32,000 bases of DNA from Mycobacterium phage StAugustine, in sequence record PV251870.1; one strand, given 5' to 3'. Position 1 is the stretch's first letter, and each line of letters begins with the position of its first letter. Positions 17,174-25,800 of this stretch are shown piece by piece. The notes under the pieces were generated by a model. That model did not search any database. It worked only from the letters and a program-made list of their open reading frames with translations, and was not told the origin of the DNA. A program made the position numbers and the translations under genes.

Positions 17174-17721
17174 CCACCTTCAGCCGCCGCATGTCCTTCG
17201 TCGACCGACTGAAGCTGTGGTGGCTGAACACCCTCGACGAGGACTCCGTCCGCCAGTGGGTGACGCCCTACTGCGTCATCTGGCTGAGCTGGGCTCTCTG
17301 CGCGACCTTTGTGTTTCCGCCGGTACCGTCGATCTACCAGGTCCTCGGCCCGTCGGCATACACGTTCTGGGTCTGGGCGGCGATCCCGGCCAACCTGGCC
17401 CCCATCATCGGGATGAGGATGCGCCACGGTGGGCAGGCGATCAAGCACATGTCCACCCCGTTGCTCTTCCGCGACTGGATGGGTCTCTACCTGCAGGCGA
17501 CAGGTCACCTGACGTGCCACCTGCTCATGCTGATGTTCCAGATCAGCGCCTGGACGGCGATCTGGAACTACGAAGGCCCGCAGCCGTACGCGGGCATGAC
17601 AATTTTCGCCACGGTGATGCTGCTGGCCTGGACCGGGGGGTCTCTGGTGCTGTTCGCCCAGTGCGTGCGGAAGCTTCAGCGCGGTCGTCAGATGTGGCGC
17701 GAGATGCGGGGTGACCTGTGA
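17170..17721 (+). CDS. Multi-pass membrane protein
   Basis: ATG at 17170, 183 aa; several hydrophobic segments (VIWLSWALCATFVF, YTFWVWAAIPANLAPII, MTIFATVMLLAWTGGSLVLFA). Confidence 0.65.
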   Translation: MTTFSRRMSFVDRLKLWWLNTLDEDSVRQWVTPYCVIWLSWALCATFVFPPVPSIYQVLGPSAYTFWVWAAIPANLAPIIGMRMRHGGQAIKHMSTPLLFRDWMGLYLQATGHLTCHLLMLMFQISAWTAIWNYEGPQPYAGMTIFATVMLLAWTGGSLVLFAQCVRKLQRGRQMWREMRGDL

Positions 17722-18434
17722 CCGCGCCGTGGTGGGCGTGGTTGATCGCAGCGCTCGTCATGATCGCCTTCGTTGGCGGTCCAGCTTGGGGGGCTCTCAA
17801 GTTCGATCGTCGAGTGGCGGAGACCGTGAAGCTAGCCGAGAAGGAAGACCAAGATCTCTTCCAGCAGCACGTCGTACAGGTGCTGATGTCCCATCCGGAG
17901 ATCGTCCGGACGTGCCGAGAGGACCGACACCCCTGGTACCTGCTCGTTCACGTCGGCGTCCTCGGATTCGGGATCTCCATATTCGTCGGCGACCCGATCG
18001 CTCCGAACGTCATCGCCATGGGGGACTCCGGCCAGCTCACGTTGGGGCTGTGCTTCATCATCGGGTCGCTGCTGGTGCTCGCTGGAGCGGCGTTGGGAAA
18101 CCGCATCGGGCGCGTGACGCTCGTACCTTCCGTCCGGGACCATCTGACCTCGGACGTCCTGGGCGACGACATCGAGCTGCCCTACCGGCTGGGGATGGCC
18201 GGCATGGCGGCGACGGCCACCAGCTCGCTGATCTACTCCGCGTCGTTCTTCCAGTTCACGTCTACGTCTCTCGGGGCGTGGCTGACAGCGATGATCTTCG
18301 CGTCGTGTGTGATCACGATCCCCTGGTTCTACAGCAGGATCCGCGCCTTCACGCGCAACGATGCCCTGCTGATCGCAGAGGCACATGAGCGCCTGGCCCG
18401 CGCAGGACGCGAGGGCGGCGATGTGGATTGCTGA
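17718..18434 (+). CDS. Multi-pass membrane protein
   Basis: 238 aa; WWAWLIAALVMIAFVGGPAWGAL, YLLVHVGVLGFGISIFVG, LGLCFIIGSLLVLAGAAL, LGAWLTAMIFASCVITI; ATG overlaps upstream stop. Confidence 0.65.
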   Translation: MTAPWWAWLIAALVMIAFVGGPAWGALKFDRRVAETVKLAEKEDQDLFQQHVVQVLMSHPEIVRTCREDRHPWYLLVHVGVLGFGISIFVGDPIAPNVIAMGDSGQLTLGLCFIIGSLLVLAGAALGNRIGRVTLVPSVRDHLTSDVLGDDIELPYRLGMAGMAATATSSLIYSASFFQFTSTSLGAWLTAMIFASCVITIPWFYSRIRAFTRNDALLIAEAHERLARAGREGGDVDC

Positions 18435-18786
18435 CTACGGGCCGCTCATCGCTGCGGTCGGAGCGCTGCTGGCTGCCCTGGCCGCGATCGTCCAGAAGCG
18501 TCGGGCTCCTCAGCTCGACGGCGCGAACGTCGACCGGATCAAGACCGAGGTCCGGAAGGCGAACGAGGAGTACCACGCCCAGCGCGACCTGGAACTGATC
18601 CAGTGGCAGAGCTACGTCTTCAACAAGATCCGGCCGTGGGGCCGTGAGGTCGCCATGCTCTGGGACAAGCGCGACGACCAGCTTCGGGAGATGGCTCGCC
18701 GACTGGGGGTCGAGTTCGAGGAGCAGCACCTGCCACCGTTCCCCGATCCACCGAAGCCGCTGAATGCGCCTGCCAAGGACGAATGA
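18421..18786 (+). CDS. Small protein with N-terminal TM helix and charged helical C-terminus
   Basis: ATG at 18421 overlapping previous gene by 14 nt; MWIADYGPLIAAVGALLAALAAIVQKRRAPQLDGANVDRIKTEVRKANEEYH... Confidence 0.6.
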   Translation: MWIADYGPLIAAVGALLAALAAIVQKRRAPQLDGANVDRIKTEVRKANEEYHAQRDLELIQWQSYVFNKIRPWGREVAMLWDKRDDQLREMARRLGVEFEEQHLPPFPDPPKPLNAPAKDE

Positions 18787-18870
18787 CCTGCAGGGCCCTC
18801 CCCTAGTCTCTGAATCAGCCCTCGGACACAGACAAGGCGCCACCGCGCCAACGACCAGGAGGATCAGGAC

Positions 18871-19977
18871 ATGGCGTCCACTGCCTTCCCCGTGGTGAAG
18901 GGCACCCGGCTCCGCGCCACCAAGATCAACTCGTGCGGCATGCCCATCGCCGGTCCGGGCAACCGCATCGTCACCAAGGGCTTCATCTCCGTCGGCCTGA
19001 CCAAGGTCACGAAGGAAGCCGCCGACCTGACGGTGGAGAACGCGGACGGCGAGATCTGCGTCCAGGACCGCACGCCTCCGCTGCGCCGGTGGTACACCCC
19101 GGCGATCGAGTTCTGCAACGTCGACCCCGAGCTCATCACGCTGCTCAACGGCTGGCAGAAGGTCCTCGACTACGACGACGACGCGATCGGCTTCCGTGAC
19201 CAGCCCGAGGTCGAGACGGAGTACGGCGTCGCTCTGGAGCTGTGGACTGGTGGTCGCAGCGACGACGACTGCCCGACCCCGTCCTCGGACTCGATCTTCT
19301 CGACCGCGGGCAGTGGTCGGAAGTACGGCTACTTCCTGTTCGGCGGCACCGAGTGGGACCTGGGCGACATCACCATCCGCGCCGAGGTGGCGACCTTCAC
19401 CATGACCGGCCGCACCATCGCCATGCCGCACTGGGGCCGTGGCCCGTACAACGTCGCGGGCACGGATGCGAGCGGCACGCCCGGTCGTCTGCTGGTCCCC
19501 GTAGGCCAGAAGGAGCACCTCACCGTGTTCCGCACCCCGGTTCCGCCGCCTGAGCCGACCGACGGCGCTGTCGCCCTGGCGACCAGCACCATCTTCACGG
19601 CGCCGAATTACTACTACGGCGGCCCCGGCAACGCGCCCGCGGCCGACGTAGCACCGGAGCAGCCTGACACCGGCAATGGCGTGGAGCTGACCATCACTGG
19701 CACTCCGTCCGGCGGCACCTTCACCTTGACGGTGACCTACGCCGATCAGAGCACGCTGACGACCGGCGCCATCGACTACGACGCCACCGCGGCCGATGTC
19801 AAGACCGCGCTGGTCGCTCTGGACGACGGCTACGACGCCAGCGACTGGGCCGTCAGCGGCTCCGCGCTGCCGACGGGCCCCGTCACGATCGTTCCGCCTC
19901 TGGGTCTGTCCCTCGACGTCGAGGACAACGACCTCACCGGCGGTACCACTCCGACGGTCGTCCTCACCGCGCTGTAA
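18871..19977 (+). CDS. Major tail (tube) protein
   Basis: 368 aa; AGGAGG RBS; size, position, ends in a ~90-aa Ig-like/decoration domain and is followed by a strong hairpin. Confidence 0.75.
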   Translation: MASTAFPVVKGTRLRATKINSCGMPIAGPGNRIVTKGFISVGLTKVTKEAADLTVENADGEICVQDRTPPLRRWYTPAIEFCNVDPELITLLNGWQKVLDYDDDAIGFRDQPEVETEYGVALELWTGGRSDDDCPTPSSDSIFSTAGSGRKYGYFLFGGTEWDLGDITIRAEVATFTMTGRTIAMPHWGRGPYNVAGTDASGTPGRLLVPVGQKEHLTVFRTPVPPPEPTDGAVALATSTIFTAPNYYYGGPGNAPAADVAPEQPDTGNGVELTITGTPSGGTFTLTVTYADQSTLTTGAIDYDATAADVKTALVALDDGYDASDWAVSGSALPTGPVTIVPPLGLSLDVEDNDLTGGTTPTVVLTAL

Positions 19978-19992
19978 GCTCGGAGACGCTCG

Positions 19993-20032
19993 CGCAGAAA
20001 CCCTGTCCTCTACTGGGGGCAGGGTTTCTGCG
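19993..20032 (+). terminator. Terminator-like hairpin after major tail gene
   Basis: CGCAGAAACCCTG (19993-20005) / CAGGGTTTCTGCG (20020-20032), pairing extends inward to a TACT loop; T-poor downstream. Confidence 0.75.
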
Positions 20033-20043
20033 TCTCTGGGAGG

Positions 20044-20049
20044 TATCTT
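20044..20049 (+). promoter_or_regulatory. Putative -10 box (TATCTT) of a leaderless promoter
   Basis: TATCTT-6 nt-ATG(20056), just after the hairpin. Confidence 0.5.
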
Positions 20050-20055
20050 CAGAGC

Positions 20056-20868
20056 ATGTCCTCGCCGTGCTCCTGGCCTATCGACAGGACGGGGTTCCCG
20101 CCACTGCCGAAGGTCGACGACCCGCCAGCTGCTGGACAGCAGGAGGCGTACGACGCTGCGTTGGCGCACCAGCAGGCGATGGAAGACCTCGCCGTCGAAG
20201 TCCTCTGGCACCTCTCCGGCCGACAGTTCGGCGTCTGCGAGGTCACCGTCCGTCCGCTTCCGATCGAGCACCAGCCTGGCGAGGTGGGGATGCCGTCTCG
20301 GATGCTCCCCTACCGGCCGAACCTCTCGCGCGTGATCGTCAACAACTGGCGGGGGCTGTTCGGAGCCAGCACCGGCAGCCGTCTCAACGGCCCCAGCATG
20401 GTCAGCCTTCCGGGACCCGCCCAGCCCCACACCGCCGCGACTCCGACCGTCGTCGAACTCGGGGGCTGTGACTGCGATGGCGGGGTCGAGATCCTCGATC
20501 CCAGCGAGTACGAGATCCGCGACAGCATCCTCTACCGCCGCGGCGGGAAGCCGTGGCCGTTCCAGGACCTCGGTAAGCCACTCGGCGAGCCCTGCACCTG
20601 GGCCGTGACGTATTGGAAGGGCCTGTACCCACCCCGCGGAGCAGCGAAGTTGGTCGGCCTCCTGGCCCTGGAGTTCCTCTGGGCGTCGACCGGTGACAAC
20701 CGCTGCCGGCTGCCGAAGTCGGTCACGCGGATGAACCGGCAGGGCGTGTCGTACGACCTCGACCCGATGGCGCTCTACGCAGCCGGGAAGACGGGCATCC
20801 CGGAGATCGACAGCTGGCTGTCGGCAGTCAACCCGCTCCACATCATGCAGGCGCCGACCGTCCTATGA
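20056..20868 (+). CDS. Head-to-tail adaptor/connector-like protein
   Basis: 270 aa between major tail and further connector genes; family inferred from synteny. Confidence 0.5.
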   Translation: MSSPCSWPIDRTGFPPLPKVDDPPAAGQQEAYDAALAHQQAMEDLAVEVLWHLSGRQFGVCEVTVRPLPIEHQPGEVGMPSRMLPYRPNLSRVIVNNWRGLFGASTGSRLNGPSMVSLPGPAQPHTAATPTVVELGGCDCDGGVEILDPSEYEIRDSILYRRGGKPWPFQDLGKPLGEPCTWAVTYWKGLYPPRGAAKLVGLLALEFLWASTGDNRCRLPKSVTRMNRQGVSYDLDPMALYAAGKTGIPEIDSWLSAVNPLHIMQAPTVL

Positions 20869-21398
20869 CCGAGCCAGTCCCCGACCCCGCCAGCGACGTT
20901 GTCAACCACGTCATCACGGCGATGAAGCGCGCCTTCAACCCGGACGACGCGATCATGCCGCCGCTCGGCGGAGGATCCGAGACTGTCCGGTTCCTCTCCG
21001 GCAACACGGTCCCGCTGGCCCTGTTCGACGCCCACGCCCAGGGCGGGCCCGGATGCCACGAGCCGTTCCTCTGGGTGCGGCTCGTCCGGAGCTTCCACAG
21101 TCGCGTCTTCCCGTCACCGTTCGTCGATGTAGACAACTGCGGTGCCCCAGAGGTCCTGCAGATCGAGATCGGCGTCGGCCGATGCAGCTCGCTGGGGTTC
21201 AGCGACGGCCGTGTCGACTGGGAGGCCCAGAAGATCGAGGCGGAGGTGAGCCTCGACGACCGCCGGCGGATCAGCGCCGCGCAGTGCCTGGCGAAGCAGC
21301 TGATGTCCGACCGTGCAGTGGGCGTCGATACTCTCGTGCCGAGCGGCCCTGACGGCGGAGTTGTCGCATGGGCTGGCACCATCTACGTTCAGCTCTGA
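20865..21398 (+). CDS. Putative head-tail connector / neck protein
   Basis: 177 aa; ATGA overlap with upstream gene; synteny. Confidence 0.5.
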   Translation: MTEPVPDPASDVVNHVITAMKRAFNPDDAIMPPLGGGSETVRFLSGNTVPLALFDAHAQGGPGCHEPFLWVRLVRSFHSRVFPSPFVDVDNCGAPEVLQIEIGVGRCSSLGFSDGRVDWEAQKIEAEVSLDDRRRISAAQCLAKQLMSDRAVGVDTLVPSGPDGGVVAWAGTIYVQL

Positions 21399-21408
21399 GG
21401 AGGCCGAC

Positions 21409-21786
21409 GTGCCCGAGATCGTGACCATCGAAGGCAGCATTCTTCCGTCTGCAGATCTGCCCCGGGGTGAGCGCGTGAAGGTCGTGCTCACGGACAAGAT
21501 CAAGCGTCGCGTGGCCAAGGGGTACGTCACCATCGTGGAGCGCCACGGGTCGACCGAAGAGGCCGCTCCAGAGAAGAAGCCCGCAGCTCGGAAGCCACGG
21601 GCGAAGAAGGCCAAGAGCGAGCCGGAGGAGGCGGTGACCGATGGCTTCAGTGCGGGCACGCGTGACCTACCAGGGGACGAGGATCTCCCAGCCGCACCTG
21701 GTGGCGGAGATGGCGCCGATCATTCGGAGGACGCACCACTCCCTGACGAGAGCGATCAAGAACGACGCGCAGAGGCGAGCGCCTGA
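21409..21786 (+). CDS. Connector-region protein with Lys/Ala-rich linker
   Basis: GTG at 21409 with GAGGAGG RBS; MPEIVTIEGSILPSADLPRGERVKVVLTDKIKRRVAKGYVTIVERHG...EKKPAARKPRAKKAKSEPEEA. Confidence 0.6.
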   Translation: MPEIVTIEGSILPSADLPRGERVKVVLTDKIKRRVAKGYVTIVERHGSTEEAAPEKKPAARKPRAKKAKSEPEEAVTDGFSAGTRDLPGDEDLPAAPGGGDGADHSEDAPLPDESDQERRAEASA

Positions 21787-22075
21787 CGACTCAGGCAACC
21801 TGAAGCGCCAGATCCGAGAGGATCCGGCGTTCTTCAGTGGCCTGATGACCATGTCCGGAGGCGTCACCAGCCATGCGGACTACTCGCTCTACGTCCACGA
21901 GGGCACTCGACCGCACGACATCGAGCCGCGCGGCGGTGGCGCCCTGTCTTTCCCCTGGCGTGGGCACCGTGCGTTCTTCACTGAGGTCCACCACCCTGGC
22001 ACGGATGCCAACCCGTTCATGTATGAAGCGATGGTCGAGGCGATCGCCACGCACCCCGACGTCGAGCTGTTGTGA
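21641..22075 (+). CDS. HK97 gp10-like minor tail/neck protein
   Basis: 144 aa; IKNDAQRRAPDDSGNLKRQIRED...YSLYVHEGTRPHDIEPRGGGALSFPWRG; GGAGGAGG upstream of ATG. Confidence 0.7.
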   Translation: MASVRARVTYQGTRISQPHLVAEMAPIIRRTHHSLTRAIKNDAQRRAPDDSGNLKRQIREDPAFFSGLMTMSGGVTSHADYSLYVHEGTRPHDIEPRGGGALSFPWRGHRAFFTEVHHPGTDANPFMYEAMVEAIATHPDVELL

Positions 22076-22097
22076 CAACACTGGGGTGACGCAGTGG

Positions 22098-22103
22098 TAT
22101 TGT
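22098..22103 (+). promoter_or_regulatory. Putative -10 box (TATTGT) of a leaderless promoter
   Basis: TATTGT-7 nt-ATG(22111). Confidence 0.45.
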
Positions 22104-22110
22104 CCGTCGC

Positions 22111-22803
22111 ATGACCTCGGACAACCCTTTCGAGAACAACGGCGCGCTCAAGACGGCCACTCAGCCCGATCCGGACGTCCAGCTCGCACCGCCGGCCGTA
22201 GAGGTCGTCGACGCCGAGCTCGAACCCGAGACGAATGAGGCGAAGACGGCTACAACCCGGTCGAAGAAGGCCGCAACACAAATACAACCCCCCGCGGACG
22301 AAATCGTCGTAGACGACGATTTGACCGGCGATACCTCATCGGAAAACGACGATGATGACACAGTAGATGCCGAGTTCGTCGACGGCGCAGACGATGAACC
22401 AGTCGACGCCGAGACGTCCACCGAGGTCGCCGAGTGGACCCCGCCTCCGTTCCCGTCTCGGGAGCCGGAGTGGGATCACGAGCAGATCGAGTACAAGGGC
22501 TACGTCCTCAACGTCCGAATCCCCTCCCAGCAGGCGCTGACCGGTTTCACCATGGCGACCGGGCAGTACGTCCCGGACCACATCAAGCAGGCCATGGTGT
22601 CGAAGTTCGTCCAGCTGCACTTCAGCCCGCAGAGCTACGCGTTCCTGATGATGCGGCTGATGGAGCCGGACACCGACTTCGACGAGGAGACTTTCGGCGA
22701 CATCGTCCGGACGCTCGTCGAGAAGGCCGGTGAGAAGGTCATCGCCGCCGCCGAGGCCAAGGCCGCGCTGGAGAAGAAGAAGCAGAAGCGCGGCAAGCGG
22801 TAG
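22111..22803 (+). CDS. Tail assembly chaperone
   Basis: 230 aa, directly upstream of tape measure gene; long acidic disordered N-terminus, structured C-terminal half. Confidence 0.65.
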   Translation: MTSDNPFENNGALKTATQPDPDVQLAPPAVEVVDAELEPETNEAKTATTRSKKAATQIQPPADEIVVDDDLTGDTSSENDDDDTVDAEFVDGADDEPVDAETSTEVAEWTPPPFPSREPEWDHEQIEYKGYVLNVRIPSQQALTGFTMATGQYVPDHIKQAMVSKFVQLHFSPQSYAFLMMRLMEPDTDFDEETFGDIVRTLVEKAGEKVIAAAEAKAALEKKKQKRGKR

Positions 22804-22812
22804 TCCAGGCGT

Positions 22813-22818
22813 TACCCT
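22813..22818 (+). promoter_or_regulatory. Putative -10 box (TACCCT) of a leaderless promoter for the tape measure gene
   Basis: TACCCT-6 nt-GTG(22825), no Shine-Dalgarno. Confidence 0.45.
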
Positions 22819-22824
22819 GATCGG

Positions 22825-25800
22825 GTGACCGATGTCGGAAAGGTCACCGTCGGCGTAGAGGTTTCGGCCTCCGACCTCGGTGCCAAGCTTGCAGCGGAGA
22901 TTGAGCGCGCCGTCCGGCCCGCCATCGCCGCTGTCAACCGACAGCTGGATCAGCTGAATCGGAAGATTCAGCGTCTCGATGGTAGCGGCCTCGATCGCCT
23001 GACCGCGAAGGCGCGCACCGCCGCGCTGGCGATCGAGCGAACTGGACACGCCTCGCGCGACGCCAGCCTGCTGATCACCCGGTCGGTCGACAAGGCTATC
23101 CGCGACTACGAACGCCTGGCTGATGCGGCGGAGCGATCTGCCAATCGACAGATCGCGGCGCAGGCTCGCGTCTCCGCAGCCCAGGCAGCCATGGGAGGGC
23201 CTCCTGGCGGCGGTGGCGGACGTGGCGGCGGAGGGTTCTACTCCGAGCCGAAAGGCGCTCGGCGCTGGATCAGCTCCGGAGGTGGCCGAGGTGCGATGAG
23301 CTTCCTGGGCTCGCCCGTCGGTGTGAACCTCGGAGCTCTGGCCATCGGAAACCTCATCCCGGGCGCGACCACCGGCATTGTGCAGATGACCGGCGCTGTG
23401 GAGAAGCTCCTCAACGGCATCCTGCTCATCCCGGGAGCGATCGCGGGTATCGCCACTTCGGTGAGCACAGCCATGATCGGTTTCGCTGGGCTGGGCGACG
23501 CGGTTAAGCAGTTTTGGCAGGCGTTCAAGGATGGCGACCCGAAGTCGCTGGAGAAGGCGAACGACCTCGTCAAGGACATGGCGCCGAATATGCAGGCAGT
23601 CATCCGTACCGTTGCACAGCTGTTCCCGCAGCTCCGGGCGATGCAGCAGCTGGTGCAGCAGAACATCTTCGCCGGGATCGATCAGCAGCTCAGGTCGTTC
23701 GCTGACAAGGCGCTGCCTACGTTCCAGAAGGGCCTCGACCAGGTCAGCAAGGCGTGGAATCGCACGATGACCGAGATGCTGCGAGTCGGCGGCCAGTCGG
23801 ATACGCAGGGCTTCCTCTCGCGGATCTTCGGTAGCACCGCGCAGGCGCAGGATCGGCTGAACAAGTCCATCCAACCGTTCGTCCACGCGATGGGGACGCT
23901 GTCGGCCGCCGGCGCGGATGCACTGCCTCGACTGGCAGACGTCCTCGGTGAGATGATCCAGCGCTTCGATCGGTTCATCTCGCGAGCGGACGCCAACGGC
24001 AACCTCGACAAGTGGATCAACGGAGCCATCACCGGTTTCGAGCAGCTCGTCGACATCACGGTGAACCTGGGTCAGACTATCCACAACCTCACCACGGCCG
24101 CTGGTGGGGACTTCCTCGGCTGGCTGAGCGATGTCACCAAGCGCTGGGCGGAGTTCACTGGATCAGCGGCCGGTCAGCAGAAGTTCGGTGACTTCTTCCG
24201 CGAGGGATCGCGTCAGCTCAGGCAGTTCGCCGACTTCATGAAGCCGATCATCACGGACCTGCTGCCCGCCATCATCGAGGCGTGTGCGCGCTGGGCGGAT
24301 GTCCTCCTGCCGTTCCTGACCGGAGCGGTGAATCTCCTCGGTCAGTTCCCGGGCGCTATCCAGGCGTTGGTCCTCGGCTTCCTCGCCATCCGGACGCTCA
24401 AGCCGTTCCAGGGCATCCTCTCGGACCTGGGCGTGCTCAACAAGCAGCTGGACAGAGCTACTACCTCAGCTCAGCGAACGGCCGGCGCCGTCGGCGGGAT
24501 TGGGGGAGGCGGAGCGCCCGCCGGCGGTTTGACCCGCGGCCAGCGGTTCAAGGCCGGAGCTGCCGACTTCGGACGAAACGTAGGCATCATCGCTGGCGCG
24601 AATGTGGGGATCTCCGGCGTCGCTGGGGACAACAGCATCGGCAACTGGCTGGCAGCTGTCGGCGGCGGCGCTGCCACGGGAGCGGCTATCGGCTCGTTCG
24701 GAGGGCTCCCGGGCGCGGCGATCGGTGCCGCCATCGGCGGAGGAGTCGGAGCTGCGATCAAGGGTCTCAACGAGCTGTTGGGATCTAACGCCCACCTCAG
24801 CGCGGAAGCGGCAGCCGCGCAGGAGCGCCTGGCGGACGCTACACGCCGGAGCGCCGCGGCGACTGAGGTCATGCGCGACGCTCAGCGGGACATGCTCAAC
24901 TCGCTGTTCGAGAGCACGGGTGCTATCGACGACTCCGTCGTGGCTCGCGTCGCGGACAAGATCGGAGCGATCCCCGACAAGCTGGCCGGGAAGCTGAAGC
25001 CCGAGGAAGTGGATCAGGTCCGCGCCGCGCTGGAGGAAGTGGGCCTCACCTCCGAGCAGATGGCGACTATCGTGTCCCGTGGCGGAGCCCAGCTCGACGC
25101 GCTGGCAACTAACCTGTCTCGGCTGGGGCCTGGCGGCGCAGCTGCGGCTTCCGCCCTCAAGGAGATCAACGGTCAGCTCGGGTTCACGCAGTCCGTCGGC
25201 GCCACGGCGGGACCCGCGATCCAGCGGCTCGCAGAGACGATGCAGCTCAGCATTGAGGACGCCTCGGCCGCCGTGAACAACGCCTTCGCGTCGATCCCTC
25301 AGGATGTCCCGATCTCGATCGACATGCCGAACGCGCCAGCCGTGGTCGAGATCTTGGAGGGCCTCGGCGCCAAGATCGACGTCATCAACGGCAAGCCGGT
25401 CATCCTGAACGCCAACGACCTGGCGGTGCAGGAAGCCATCACCCGGTTGGAAGCCCTCGGCATCAAAATCACCACCCTGCCGACGGGGAATATCCAGGTC
25501 GATATCGACCAGGGGCAGCTGGCGAAGATCGACGGCGACATGCGCTCGTTCTTTGAGCGGTACGGCAAGCTGCGGGTCGGCGTCGATGTCCTGCTTCCGA
25601 ACCAAGCGCAGTATCCCCCCGGAACAGTCGCTCCGTCTGACCTCGGAGGTCTGCTGGGAGCTCCCGGCGGGTCTGCTCCGCTCCCACCGAATCCGAACCT
25701 CGTCCCCGCCATTCCCGGCGGTGGTCGAGCGAGTGGTGGCGTCCACGGGGTGCTCCCTGGCTATTCGCCAGGTGTCGACAACATGCTGGTTCCTCTGTCC

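Noticed and set aside
18349-20841. Long minus-strand ORF of 830 aa
   Set aside because: Lies antisense to well-supported tail and membrane genes; low-complexity Arg/Gly/Val/Asp-rich translation typical of reverse-strand reading of high-GC coding DNA.
22336-24084. Minus-strand ORF of 582 aa
   Set aside because: Antisense to chaperone and tape measure genes; composition artefact.
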